IMG/VR virus record: IMGVR_UViG_3300032286_001250
Location: 1-52,226 of that record
Strand: one strand, 5' to 3'
DNA length: 52,226 bases
From: a virus
Lineage: Duplodnaviria; Caudoviricetes
Position numbers and translations under genes: made by a program
In this document: piece by piece, positions 28,001 through 36,771 of the stretch
Numbering within the stretch: the first letter of the stretch is position 1
Layout: each line of letters begins with the position of its first letter
Notes under the pieces: model-generated
The model's database searches: none
Seen by the model: only the letters and a program-made list of their open reading frames with translations
What the model was told of the DNA's origin: nothing

Positions 28001-30833
28001 TCTTCGAGCGCAGCTCTTCCTGTCCTGTCTTGAACTGCTCCAGTTTCTTCTCGTACTCGCCGACTGCGATACGCATGTTGTAGATCTGACGCTCGGTTTC
28101 GATCTTAAAGTTGGCTAGGGCCTTCTCCATGTTGGCGAACTCGAGCTGCATGCTCTTTTTGGCGAGCTCGATGTCGAGTTCACCTTTCTTCTTGGTGCTG
28201 AGGTAGGCGACGACGGCCTCGAGGGCGGCGCGGGAGCTGCCTTGCTCACCTTCGAGCATCTTGATGTTGGCCCGCTCGACGGCCTGGATCCTGAGTTCGC
28301 CTGCGGCACGGGCGTTCTCAATCTCCTTCTGACGGGTCTCCTGCTGCTTCTGGAAGACAGCGTCCTCGAGGGAGCGTCGCTGATCACCAATGGAGTCTTC
28401 GAGCTGCTTGCGTTGCTTCTGGAGTTCGGTGATGAGGCCAATGTTTTGTTGAGCTTGGATCTTGATGCTCTCGTCCAGATTCTTCTTTTCCTGTACAAGG
28501 TCAGCTTCCTTGAGTTCCTTGTCTATTTTTGCTTTTTCGGCTTTATACCCAGGTAGATCCATTATGGCTTGACGCTGTTCTAGTATTTGAATTGTCTGAG
28601 CTCGCATGCCAGCCTTTTCATTGATAGGCTTATTGACTTTCTCCTCGGCTTCTTTTATCTTGTTGACGAGCTCCTGTAGTTTCCGTTCGTACTCACTGAT
28701 TTTTGATGTTACCAGACTTTCTGCGAACGCTTTCGACCGTTTTTCCGCAGAAGTCGAGTTCTCTCCTACATCTTTATAGACTGTAGCTAGGTCATGTAGA
28801 GCTTCACGATACCGTTTCGTCTCGTTTACTTCCGAAAGCCTCCGCTGGTAACGTCCCCAAAGGTCAATGGCAACCGTAATCGCAAGCTGTAAAGCGATCA
28901 AGCCACCCGTCATGGCGAGATTATCTACAATAAACTTCTTTATGCTTGCGCCGTTTAGGCCTTTGCCAAAATTGTTGACGGAGTTTGCGGCATTCTGGGC
29001 CTTCGTTGCAAGTGCTTGTAATGCTGCGGCATTACCTGCTAGTGCTGCGCTATTGGCGGCAGCAGCTGCAGTGCTGGCTGCAAAAGACTCAATCAAAGAG
29101 ATGAAGGCTTTTACAAGATTCCCAACGAACCTAATAGCACTGCCGATAAGCGCAACGGTCGAAGCGATACCAGCTTTGATGGCTGAGAATCCTGTAATGA
29201 TCAGCGGTAGAATTGGTTTCCAAGTCTGGACTACAAACGTTCCGACTGAAATGATGGTTGTGATGGTATTAAGGCCGGTCTGGCGCAAGAACCCGAATTG
29301 GACGTTGAGTTGAGTGATGTATTGGACTAGAGGGAGCTTCAGCAGTTCTCCGTAGACACTGAGTACGCCGGAGAACGCTGTGGCGAGGCTGGTGACAACA
29401 GGAATTAGGGTTTGGATGGTGGTCAGGATGACCTGGATGTTGCCGACTTGGAGGGAGACGAAGGCTTTGGCCAGGTCGAAGAGGCCCTTGCCGACGGTGG
29501 CGATGCTCTGGCTGATGCCGTCGAAGATCTGGGTGAGGGGGGCCATCACCCGGCTGATGGCGGATTGGATGAAGCCGAAGGCGTCGCTCAGGGCGGTCTT
29601 GGCTTTGTCCAGGGCGGGGGCGACGTCGGGGCCGCCGATGGCCTTGGCGGTTTTGGAGCCTTCGCCGATGCGTCCGAGGGTGACGGCGGCCAGGCGTCCG
29701 GTAGCGCGGCCGGCGCCTTCGGCGATTGCGAAGACTTGCTCGCGGATCTTGAAGAGGAACTCGAAGGTGCTGCTCAGGCCGTTGAGCAGGGGGTCGAGTA
29801 GGCCGGCGCCGAAGCGCTGGTTGACCAGCTCCCAGAGGTCCACGATGTTGGACATCACACCGCTGAAGCCCTCGGCGGCGATTTTCTGGCCGGCAACCGC
29901 GGAGGCGAGCTTGTCGTTGACGAACTTGATGACGCCGCCGGATTTGGTCCGGGCGTCCTGGATGTCCTTGTTGGTGATGCCCAGGGACTTCGCCAGATAG
30001 GAGTCCATGTTGATGTCGCCCCGGAGCATCGAGCCGATCTCCTGGCGGGCCTGTTCCAGGGGGAGGCCGAAGGTGCCCAGGGCCGCAGCCAGGCCGACGG
30101 CCATGTCCTCGGCTTCCTTCAGGCCCCCACCGACCTGGCCGATCTGCGAGGCGACGATGCCGAAGACCTCGATCACGTCGTTGGAGGTGACGCCCGCGAG
30201 CTCGATGGTCCGCTCTCGGATGCTGTCGATGCGCTTCTCGATTTCGCCCGTCAGGGAGACGATCTTCTGGTACGGGTCGGTGATCTCCTTGCCGTCCTTG
30301 AAGACCCGGTTGGTGCTGGCCAGGGTGGTCTGGGTCTTCAGCATCGTCTCGCGAAGCTGGATCTCCCGGCCGATCGTGTTATCGAAGAAGCCGGTGTAGG
30401 CCTGCTGCAGGACGCCCACGGTCTGCTTGACCGCAAACAAGGCGAAGCCCACACGGGCCAGCTGGTCCACCAACGAGACCGACGCCTTTTTGGCCGTGTC
30501 CATGCTGCTGGCCAGGATGTGGCCGGCGCCGGAGGCTTCCTTCAGGGCCATCGTGGCCTGCGGGGCCTTCTTGATTCCGTTGATCAGGGTGTCGATGTCC
30601 CGCAGTGGGTCACCGATGCCTGGCAGCATCTTGGCGACGCCATAGAGCGACTTGATATTGTTGGCGGCCTCGTGGATACCTGTGTTCAGGTTTTTGACTG
30701 CTGTATTGACTCCGCTTAGATCAATATCTAGCTTTCGTGTTCGTGTTGCTGTGTCGGCCGCTTTATCGACTTGGTCGAGCTTTTGCTGAGCGTCTGCAGT
30801 ATTGGCTGTGACCTTGAGGAAGTATTCAGTCAC
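25062..30833 (-). CDS. tape measure protein with internal peptidoglycan-hydrolase-like domains
   Basis: 1923 aa, largely helical; C-terminal RAAGGPV...YIVGENGPELF; internal GNTG.STGPHFH/HEGRD (M23-like) and SGARGYFQ...WPSLPG (lysozyme-like). Confidence 0.9.
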   Translation of the reverse strand: MTEYFLKVTANTADAQQKLDQVDKAADTATRTRKLDIDLSGVNTAVKNLNTGIHEAANNIKSLYGVAKMLPGIGDPLRDIDTLINGIKKAPQATMALKEASGAGHILASSMDTAKKASVSLVDQLARVGFALFAVKQTVGVLQQAYTGFFDNTIGREIQLRETMLKTQTTLASTNRVFKDGKEITDPYQKIVSLTGEIEKRIDSIRERTIELAGVTSNDVIEVFGIVASQIGQVGGGLKEAEDMAVGLAAALGTFGLPLEQARQEIGSMLRGDINMDSYLAKSLGITNKDIQDARTKSGGVIKFVNDKLASAVAGQKIAAEGFSGVMSNIVDLWELVNQRFGAGLLDPLLNGLSSTFEFLFKIREQVFAIAEGAGRATGRLAAVTLGRIGEGSKTAKAIGGPDVAPALDKAKTALSDAFGFIQSAISRVMAPLTQIFDGISQSIATVGKGLFDLAKAFVSLQVGNIQVILTTIQTLIPVVTSLATAFSGVLSVYGELLKLPLVQYITQLNVQFGFLRQTGLNTITTIISVGTFVVQTWKPILPLIITGFSAIKAGIASTVALIGSAIRFVGNLVKAFISLIESFAASTAAAAANSAALAGNAAALQALATKAQNAANSVNNFGKGLNGASIKKFIVDNLAMTGGLIALQLAITVAIDLWGRYQRRLSEVNETKRYREALHDLATVYKDVGENSTSAEKRSKAFAESLVTSKISEYERKLQELVNKIKEAEEKVNKPINEKAGMRAQTIQILEQRQAIMDLPGYKAEKAKIDKELKEADLVQEKKNLDESIKIQAQQNIGLITELQKQRKQLEDSIGDQRRSLEDAVFQKQQETRQKEIENARAAGELRIQAVERANIKMLEGEQGSSRAALEAVVAYLSTKKKGELDIELAKKSMQLEFANMEKALANFKIETERQIYNMRIAVGEYEKKLEQFKTGQEELRSKIRTSGATGDMADGTYIQGNTGPTSTGPHFHIAQSGGGYYDRGALDQYVRVNGGPLSSGQTSAGGEIGAPRKGYSHEGRDYAFGAGAALTLANGAKWVSNTPGTANGDETAFMTPDGKVYKILHGKFQPGVGGAGSDDFITGYMKRLSNLEGAYGKMGSKAVNNYSGARGYFQLLPSTDTDLRMRGKPGMADQFLSGDFNTAQNAAYQYAIQQHPETKKMFAEGNVAGLDKALRGLWPSLPGGSQHHPELMATANKYLKAGARGMSPVAAATVEAPTAPTFDASIGERTISAMNDAMAGFKAAMERSRQITAEIRKADTAKAFEDIAKAAFPEINLEQYRDQNIQLDETLKALNALKGQDIELVSPEQVNLTAEYQKTLKVIAAEREDFIKGLDKVKAKPENAMTQAQYDATIKSYDTRRDKSLTQLELQYKAQTDLLNRMKEVKAVQDLVALGASESRKTRESEVETLTKVQTILAGNNIYLQKAADFEGIIAKLRMDPAGAKVLDSPLGKDILAILDRAAKASAKSDVTTELARLKYDATTGNDLMLKAARASNLGQRAAAYGEGDYYGKRRAEAEAKITERRLDLEAKGLLVKESEIAEFQAFAKATRDSAASLAAMDKETTAFINTMSLIQNVSRSIVDGQKNFIKAALTGGDTGQAMEEMLRGITDTILNSMLDAAFKPVQQMLEKQFKDFLGVQDPVKIAQEANTTALGSVKTALDGLTTAITSKTTEIAGAANGIVPLTPGVSSGKAVDSIATEAANATQNLADLGNSCKVTSSVVRKTGESAVDIPKNFGGLQQAIGGVVGALAGIGMGIAGVNQMKKGGTYNTLMGLAGIFGGISSLAGSFAPGGGLGKLFGIKARAAGGPVSANSPYIVGENGPELFTPGASGQITSNEDLFAGTRSALGGSRRSSPEDGQAMAAAGPIDVRFESRVINNVEYVTTDQHRKGMQQAAERGRLLAYEGLQRSVNTRRRLGV

Positions 30834-30860
30834 GACCTGGGTTCTGTACTTTGTGTCATT

Positions 30861-31340
30861 TTACCCGAATTCGTCCGGGGGGCGCATCATCGCGGTGAAT
30901 ACGTGTACTGGTATCTCGTGCTTCTTGGCTAGATCAACAAGCAGTAGTTTTGTAGCTTCGTCGGCGCCGACTTTCTTGGCTTTTTCGCCCTCGGGGGTGT
31001 AGTCGGGGAAGGGGAGGAACTCTTTGGGTTGGCGGCTCTTGTTGATCTTGTCACCGAAGTGGGCGAGGGCGACCTCGTGGACCAGGGTGGCCAGGCGGGC
31101 GGCGGTCACGGAGCTGACGTTGGCGCGGGATTGGTCGTCGTCGTCCAGGCGCCGGAGGATGTCCCGCAGCACGTAGATCGGGGTGCGCAGGAACCGGTCT
31201 GGGGGGTAGTCGGGGCCGAGGGGAGAGAGTCGGATGCGGAAGTAGACGCTCTCCCAGTCGGGGTCCGGGCTGTTGAGGAAGTCCTCGCAGTCCTTCAGGA
31301 CTTCTTCTGGGGTGGGTCGCTCTCGGGGGGCTCCGTGTCG
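30861..31340 (-). CDS. tail assembly chaperone gpT part (-1 frameshift extension)
   Basis: The -1 frame is open from the G_GGA_AAC heptamer (31340-31346) through PTPEEVLKDCEDFL...VLRDILRR to the stop at 30861. Confidence 0.8.
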   Translation of the reverse strand, partial: RHGAPRERPTPEEVLKDCEDFLNSPDPDWESVYFRIRLSPLGPDYPPDRFLRTPIYVLRDILRRLDDDDQSRANVSSVTAARLATLVHEVALAHFGDKINKSRQPKEFLPFPDYTPEGEKAKKVGADEATKLLLVDLAKKHEIPVHVFTAMMRPPDEFG

Positions 31341-31885
31341 TTTCCCTCCGGGGCCGGCCAGCCGTCACGCTCCCAGAGGACCAGCTGGAAGATCTCCCCC
31401 ACGAGGTTGAGGGGGGTCTGGTCGGTGTCGGCGTCGGACCAGTCGGGCAGCTTCACCCACTCCTTGGAGCCGGGGAGCTTGGTCTCGCCGCGGAACTGGA
31501 GCAGGAGGGTGGCGAAGGCGCTTTGCTGTTCGGTGGAGCCGGGGGCCTCGTTCTGGATCTCTTCGAGGTCGCTGGCGTAGTCCAGCAGGATCTGGTTGTC
31601 CTGGCGGGAGTCGGTGTCGCTCAGGAGGTCCAGGGCCTGTTGGGTGGCGCTGAGCTTGGTGACGGTGCCGTCTTCTTCGACGGTCTCGGTGTCGGCCAGG
31701 TTCTTGTCCTTGGCGATGCGCTGGGCGAGCTTGATGGTGCGGTAGGTCGACTTCGTTTGAGCGCGGGCCAGTTTCTCGATACCTTTGGCTTCGCCTGGCA
31801 GTAGAGCGTGATAGATCGGGAACCTGAATGGACCGATCTTGTGGTACTCGTCGGTATCGAAGAGGACGCTGGCGTACTTACTCAT
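31295..31885 (-). CDS. tail assembly chaperone gpG
   Basis: Lies between tail tube and tape measure; slippery heptamer near the 3' end. Confidence 0.8.
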   Translation of the reverse strand: MSKYASVLFDTDEYHKIGPFRFPIYHALLPGEAKGIEKLARAQTKSTYRTIKLAQRIAKDKNLADTETVEEDGTVTKLSATQQALDLLSDTDSRQDNQILLDYASDLEEIQNEAPGSTEQQSAFATLLLQFRGETKLPGSKEWVKLPDWSDADTDQTPLNLVGEIFQLVLWERDGWPAPEGNDTEPPESDPPQKKS

Positions 31886-32114
31886 GGGTTATCGGGAGGG
31901 CGATCGACCAGGCTCGGGTGGGTGCGGGCTGGTTGATCGCCTCGTCGGGCAGTTGCACATCCAGATTAACGCCGTTATGCGAAAGGCGTATAAGCTGGAA
32001 GGGGTTGAGGGGTTCAACGTACAGGGCTCCACAGTGAAGGGTGGAGCCTTCTACTTTGCAATTGACTGCATAGACAGTGTGCGCGGGATCTATAAGGATG
32101 TCGTGTTGATTCAT
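31878..32114 (-). CDS. hypothetical protein
   Basis: 78 aa from ATG at 32114, overlapping the chaperone start. Confidence 0.55.
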   Translation of the reverse strand: MNQHDILIDPAHTVYAVNCKVEGSTLHCGALYVEPLNPFQLIRLSHNGVNLDVQLPDEAINQPAPTRAWSIALPITHE

Positions 32115-32121
32115 TGGCGAG

Positions 32122-32147
32122 AAAAAAGGGGCCGGTAAAGGCCCCCT
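32122..32147 (-). terminator. Rho-independent terminator after the major tail gene
   Basis: Minus strand GGGGCC-TTTACC-GGCCCC followed by TTTTTT. Confidence 0.75.
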
Positions 32148-32175
32148 TGGTTGGCTCGAACCAGTCTGACGAAGA

Positions 32176-33186
32176 TCAGGCGGTGCGGAAGGTGGTGGTG
32201 AAGCCGCCGAGAGGCCGCTTGGCGCCAGAGGCGGAAGCGGTGCCGGTGCCGTCGACAGCCTGGGTGATGGCGCCGTCGGCGACACGCAGGCGGTAGATGG
32301 TGGCAGCGCTCAGGGTGGGGGTCGGGTCGATGGTGACCACACCGCTCGACAGGGTGACGGCGGCGGGGACGGCCACGCCGGTCGAGGCGACCTCGAGGCG
32401 GAAGCCGGAGCCATCCGTCTGGCCCAGGGCCAGCTGGGTGAGGGCAGCGGTGCCGTCGCTGGTGTAGGTGACGGTGAGGTTGGAGGAGACCACGACAGCG
32501 CTGGCGTTGTCGGCCGGGCTGACGGCGTAGCGGCGGGTGCCGCTGCCGGAGGCGGTGGCCAGCAGGCCAGCCTGGACGGAGCCGAAGGTCAGGGCGGTGC
32601 TGCCGGCGTTGTAGCGGCCGAAGACGGCCTTGCCGCGGGACATGGTGTCGAACGAGATTTGGGTCAGGCCTTCGGCCGACTTGGACTCGTTGTAGTTCAT
32701 GATCACACAGTTGAAACCTGTGTAGTCATAAATGTAGTCACCGGAGGTGCCGTTGAGCGGGCCGAGTTCCTTGAGGAACTCGATGTAAATCTCGTAGTCC
32801 TTGTTGTAGCGGGCCTTCTCGATCAGGGCGAAGCCTTCCTCGTACTCGCCGCGGAATTGCGGGCAAGCCTGGCCGGCGGGAATCTCAGAGTTCTTGAGGA
32901 AATAGCCGCTGTTGCTGGCCTGGACGCGGGAACCGGTGATGACACCGTCGCCCCAGCCGCTGTCACCGAGGAGGCGGAAGCCTTGCTCGTTGTCCTGGAT
33001 CTGGAAGTTGGACTGGGTCAGGCCCTGGATCTCGACGTACTGGGAGCCAGCGTCGAGGGTGGGCAAAGTGATGAAACCGTCGCTACCACGGGTGGCGAAG
33101 TAGCGGCAGGGAGGGGTGAGGTCCACGGCACGGACGAGGGTCCGGTGAGCCTTGTGGAACGACAGCCCGATGGCGTAGTCAGCCAT
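32176..33186 (-). CDS. major tail (tube) protein with C-terminal Ig-like domain
   Basis: Gene position; strong codon bias; VSPADNA..V...VTIDPT..L.....Y.L.V..GAI Ig-like (Big_5-type) tail. Confidence 0.75.
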   Translation of the reverse strand: MADYAIGLSFHKAHRTLVRAVDLTPPCRYFATRGSDGFITLPTLDAGSQYVEIQGLTQSNFQIQDNEQGFRLLGDSGWGDGVITGSRVQASNSGYFLKNSEIPAGQACPQFRGEYEEGFALIEKARYNKDYEIYIEFLKELGPLNGTSGDYIYDYTGFNCVIMNYNESKSAEGLTQISFDTMSRGKAVFGRYNAGSTALTFGSVQAGLLATASGSGTRRYAVSPADNASAVVVSSNLTVTYTSDGTAALTQLALGQTDGSGFRLEVASTGVAVPAAVTLSSGVVTIDPTPTLSAATIYRLRVADGAITQAVDGTGTASASGAKRPLGGFTTTFRTA

Positions 33187-33199
33187 GGTTGGGGACTCC

Positions 33200-33676
33200 T
33201 TAGGGGATCGGGGGGTTCAAAACGGCGCCGCTGATGCGGGCCGTCAAGGCCTCGTAGGTGGCCTCAGTGCGGGGCAGGTACATGACCTGATCCCGCGGGA
33301 ATGTGCGAGCCAGACGGCGCCGGATGTCCAGCACCGAAATCGGCATCACAGTTCCGTCTTTGGTGCCGTAGTTGGTGAAGCGGACGAGCCACCTCTCGAG
33401 TTGCACCAGACCGGACATCGTGCCCAGGTCTGCAATGTCGTCAGGGACGTCATTGATCGTGCATTCGATACCAACAACTTTCCAGGAGGAAGGCACCATG
33501 TCTTTGCCGGTCACAAACACTGCAGGAATGCAGGTCTGGTTGGGCAGGGTGTAGTAACCGGGCCAGCTGGCCTGCGGCTTGAGCGTGACGCCATCGACCT
33601 CGTAGAGGTTGAGGAGGTGACGCTCAACGGTGCGGCGCAGGTCCAGGGCCGAGGGGCAGGGGGAGATCGTCGTCAT
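33200..33676 (-). CDS. tail terminator/completion protein (putative)
   Basis: Synteny: last neck gene before the tube gene. Confidence 0.55.
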   Translation of the reverse strand: MTTISPCPSALDLRRTVERHLLNLYEVDGVTLKPQASWPGYYTLPNQTCIPAVFVTGKDMVPSSWKVVGIECTINDVPDDIADLGTMSGLVQLERWLVRFTNYGTKDGTVMPISVLDIRRRLARTFPRDQVMYLPRTEATYEALTARISGAVLNPPIP

Positions 33677-34053
33677 CGACGTCCTCCATCTGCCAAGGCC
33701 TGGGCCAGGTACTCGCCGAACTTGGCGGGGGCCTCAGACAGGGGGGCCTGGGTCCAGGGCCGGCCGGGGAAGGCGCGGCCATCGAGGCCGACTCCGCCCT
33801 CGTGGACCTGTCCGGCGTATTCCACGGGCCAGGTGAAGGTCACAGAACCATCGAAGTTGGTGGTTCGTGTCTGGCTGGCGCGGAGGCGGCCGGTGTCAAC
33901 GACGTCCCGCAGTTGCGGAGGCGTCGGGTACTTCCACTTCACGGCAGAGATCTCCTGCGTGAAGCGGATGTCGAGGTAGTCAGCGGTTTGGGCCACAGCT
34001 TGTGCCGTCGCTCGCTTCAGCACCTCGGACAGGGGGCTCGGCTTGCTGCTCAT
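33673..34053 (-). CDS. neck protein, HK97 gp10-like
   Basis: VDTGRLRAS...YAGQVHEG...PGRPW motif. Confidence 0.75.
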   Translation of the reverse strand: MSSKPSPLSEVLKRATAQAVAQTADYLDIRFTQEISAVKWKYPTPPQLRDVVDTGRLRASQTRTTNFDGSVTFTWPVEYAGQVHEGGVGLDGRAFPGRPWTQAPLSEAPAKFGEYLAQALADGGRR

Positions 34054-34448
34054 CAGGGGCCTCCCACGACACGGAAGGTGCCAATCAGGGGTTGACGCAA
34101 ATCGCGGTAGGCGCCCTGGTTCATCGAGAGGGCGAAAGCCAACTCGAAACGGCCTCGGAGACCGTTGAGGACAGCGTCGGCCTGGCTGCCGTTCGTGATC
34201 CGCGGATCGAGAACAGCAGGGGAGAGCAGACGGCCTTGGACGGAGTAGGCCGTGGTGTCGGCACCGGGTTGGCCCTGCCAGTTGGGCTGCGCCGGCTGGA
34301 GGGAGGCCAGGTATTCCACGACCTCGGTGGCCGTGGTGGCATTGCCGGTGGTCGGATCCGTGGTGACGGCGCCCGTCGGAACCTCGAACGCCAGCGTTGC
34401 GTTCCCTACGGGGGCGTAGGCGGCGATCGTGGCGGCGGAGATGGTCAA
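34053..34448 (-). CDS. head-closure protein (putative)
   Basis: TTG start at 34448 overlapping the upstream TGA (TTGA); the longer listed 5' extension overlaps the adaptor gene. Confidence 0.55.
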   Translation of the reverse strand: MTISAATIAAYAPVGNATLAFEVPTGAVTTDPTTGNATTATEVVEYLASLQPAQPNWQGQPGADTTAYSVQGRLLSPAVLDPRITNGSQADAVLNGLRGRFELAFALSMNQGAYRDLRQPLIGTFRVVGGP

Positions 34449-34753
34449 ATTGCGAATCCGGTGAGGGCCAGGCCCCTGAACAGGCGCTCGTACTCCTGGC
34501 CGTAGAGGGTGGACTGGGTCAGCTGTCCACTGGGCGGGCCAGAGGGGGAGCCGACCTGCATGCCGATCTGCATCGTCCTCGTGGAGAGCAGATGGGCGGC
34601 CAGGTAGGACGCTCCGTCGGCGCGAACCGCTCCCCACACGGAGGGGGGAGTGGCCCGACCCGCCTCGCTCAGAGCACCGTCGACCACCGAGGGCGATTGC
34701 TCGCCGAACTCGGGGAATCGGGAGAGGAACTCGTTGCGGGTCGGGAGGGACAT
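34445..34753 (-). CDS. head-tail adaptor (DUF4054-like)
   Basis: FLSRFPEF...YLAAHLL...TLYGQEY signature. Confidence 0.8.
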   Translation of the reverse strand: MSLPTRNEFLSRFPEFGEQSPSVVDGALSEAGRATPPSVWGAVRADGASYLAAHLLSTRTMQIGMQVGSPSGPPSGQLTQSTLYGQEYERLFRGLALTGFAI

Positions 34754-35166
34754 CAGCCGGCGCCCTCGGTGATGGCACTGATGCGCTTGCTGATCGCGTT
34801 CTTCACCCGGATGCGGGACTCTTTGACGTCCCACTTACGGAGCTGCTCCAGATCGAAGGAGTCTTCGATCAGGGCTAGGGCGTCGGTCAGGGAGAGGTTG
34901 GTGATCCCCTCCTTGGCGGCGACCTCGGGGCTGACGAGCTCGGGGGACTCCTCCTCGACGATGCGCAGGGCACCGATGGTGAGGAGGGTCTTGACCACGT
35001 CGTAGCCCTTGATCTTCTCCCAGGTCTCTTCGGAGAAGTCGCGATTGACTCCGCCTGTGAGTTGGGCGTACTCCGAGTTGCCGTTGCCGTTGATGAAGCT
35101 GAAAGCAATGGTGCTCTCAGCGGCCATCGGGGGGTTTTGGAGCTCGGGACGGAAAGCGAGGATCAT
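34753..35166 (-). CDS. hypothetical protein downstream of capsid
   Basis: ATG at 35166; C-terminal ESRIRVKNAISKR helix common in post-capsid genes. Confidence 0.6.
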   Translation of the reverse strand: MILAFRPELQNPPMAAESTIAFSFINGNGNSEYAQLTGGVNRDFSEETWEKIKGYDVVKTLLTIGALRIVEEESPELVSPEVAAKEGITNLSLTDALALIEDSFDLEQLRKWDVKESRIRVKNAISKRISAITEGAG

Positions 35167-35215
35167 GATCGGGTGAAGTGAGGAGCCAACCTGTTCAGGA
35201 AGTGGATGGAGAAGG

Positions 35216-36145
35216 TCAGGCCTTTTCCATGACGATGGTGCTCTTGGGGTAGTAGAGCGCCAGGCCACCGATGCGGGAGTGGGCCGCAATGGTGAACTCG
35301 AGGCCGCGCCGCTCGGGAGGGAAGAACTCCAGGGGCTGCGGGATGTGCAGCTGGAGCTTGTCGGGCGAGCGGTCGTAGCAGATGATCCGGTCCTTGGACA
35401 GGAAGCCGAAGGACTTGGTGGCCTCGAGCTCGTTGATCGGCTCGATGCTGGTGATCATCGGGTTGGTGCGGAGGAAGAACTCCATCACCGTGGTGTCCGA
35501 CGTGGTCGAACGGGGCTTGGTCGAGATGATGCGGTACACGTTGTAGGGGACCAACATCGTGTTCGGCATCTCCTTCATGTTGGAGTTCTGGACGAGGCGG
35601 GTGGGGGCCTCGTTCAGCAGTTCCAGCATCTCGTCGGTGGTTGCGGCGTCGAACCAGACGGAGGGGACGAGCTTGTCGACCTGATCGTTGTTGAAGAAGC
35701 CCTTCATGCCCGAGGGGGAGTCACCGAAGTAGGCGATCTCCTGGACTTTCTCCTCGTAGGCGCGGCGCACGGCGTTGGCACGGCGCTGCTCCAGGTTCAT
35801 GTTGGGCACCATGGCGGCGGCCCGCGTTTCCTGGACGGAGTAGGCGAACGAGCCGCCCAGGGAGCGAACCGGGTAGTTCACTTCCTTCCGCAGGACGTCG
35901 GCGCGGGGCAGATCCTGTGCCTTGTCACCGATGATCTTCATCGAACCTTGCTTGTCGAAGATTCGATAGGTGAAGCTATCGGCGCCAGGTCCAACCTCGG
36001 AGGAGATCGGGATCAGGGTGCTGTACTTGATGTCGGCGTACTCGACCTCGAAGGTACGGGAGAGGATGGTCTCCAGTTCCCTCGCGAGAAAGACGCCGAC
36101 CTGATTGTCGAGTCGGGTGTCGTTTGTCATGGGGGTAGCCGTCAT
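35216..36145 (-). CDS. major capsid protein (DUF2184-type HK97 fold)
   Basis: FLARELE...YSVQE.RAA...A.RAYEE...AYFGD...G.KGFFN...GGL..YYP. Confidence 0.88.
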   Translation of the reverse strand: MTATPMTNDTRLDNQVGVFLARELETILSRTFEVEYADIKYSTLIPISSEVGPGADSFTYRIFDKQGSMKIIGDKAQDLPRADVLRKEVNYPVRSLGGSFAYSVQETRAAAMVPNMNLEQRRANAVRRAYEEKVQEIAYFGDSPSGMKGFFNNDQVDKLVPSVWFDAATTDEMLELLNEAPTRLVQNSNMKEMPNTMLVPYNVYRIISTKPRSTTSDTTVMEFFLRTNPMITSIEPINELEATKSFGFLSKDRIICYDRSPDKLQLHIPQPLEFFPPERRGLEFTIAAHSRIGGLALYYPKSTIVMEKA

Positions 36146-36759
36146 CAGACGTCGGCGGAGAAGGTGGCCGCGGGCAGGTCGAACTCGAGGAGAGCCAGAC
36201 CAGCAGCGGAGGTTTCGGACAGCCAGCGGGCGCCCGAGGTGACAGCGATCGTCTTGTTGGCGACCGCGGTTTTGCCCCACCGGCCCAGGTAGGCGGTGGC
36301 GATGGTGCCCGAGTGGTCCACTTTGTAGAAGCGGACGGCGTCACCGAGGCTGACGGCGACGGCGGACCACACCCAGATCACACCCTTGGAGAGGATGTTG
36401 ACCGTTTGGCCACTGGCGTAGCCCATGCGGCCATCGGAGGCCAGGGGGCTGGGGTTGGGGATGTAGGCCTGGCTGCTCGAAACGCCCTCGTGGGTGAGGG
36501 TGTCAACGGTGAGGCCGACGATGAGCGTGGCACCGGTTGCCGGCTCGATCGCGTACTGGTCGAGGCTCGTCGGGTTGTTATCGGTCATGCAGGGCACGCC
36601 GAAGGGGATGGCCGCGCCGCTCTGATTGAAGTAGCTCCGGGTCACATAGGCCTGGAGGTCGGCAATCATGCCCTCGTGGCCCACACCTTCCCGCTGGGGG
36701 TAGGTGCCTTGGGCGCCGATCGGGTTGGCGACGGTAGTGGCGGTGAAAGTAGTTGCCAT
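36145..36759 (-). CDS. capsid cement/decoration protein
   Basis: GMIAD...AIPFG...VNILSKGVIWV; lies between protease and capsid genes. Confidence 0.7.
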   Translation of the reverse strand: MATTFTATTVANPIGAQGTYPQREGVGHEGMIADLQAYVTRSYFNQSGAAIPFGVPCMTDNNPTSLDQYAIEPATGATLIVGLTVDTLTHEGVSSSQAYIPNPSPLASDGRMGYASGQTVNILSKGVIWVWSAVAVSLGDAVRFYKVDHSGTIATAYLGRWGKTAVANKTIAVTSGARWLSETSAAGLALLEFDLPAATFSADV

Positions 36760-36771
36760 GGGAGGTTCTCC

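Noticed and set aside
35216-36145. Encapsulin nanocompartment with ferritin cargo
   Set aside because: The gene lies in a complete terminase-portal-protease-tail operon, so it is the phage capsid.
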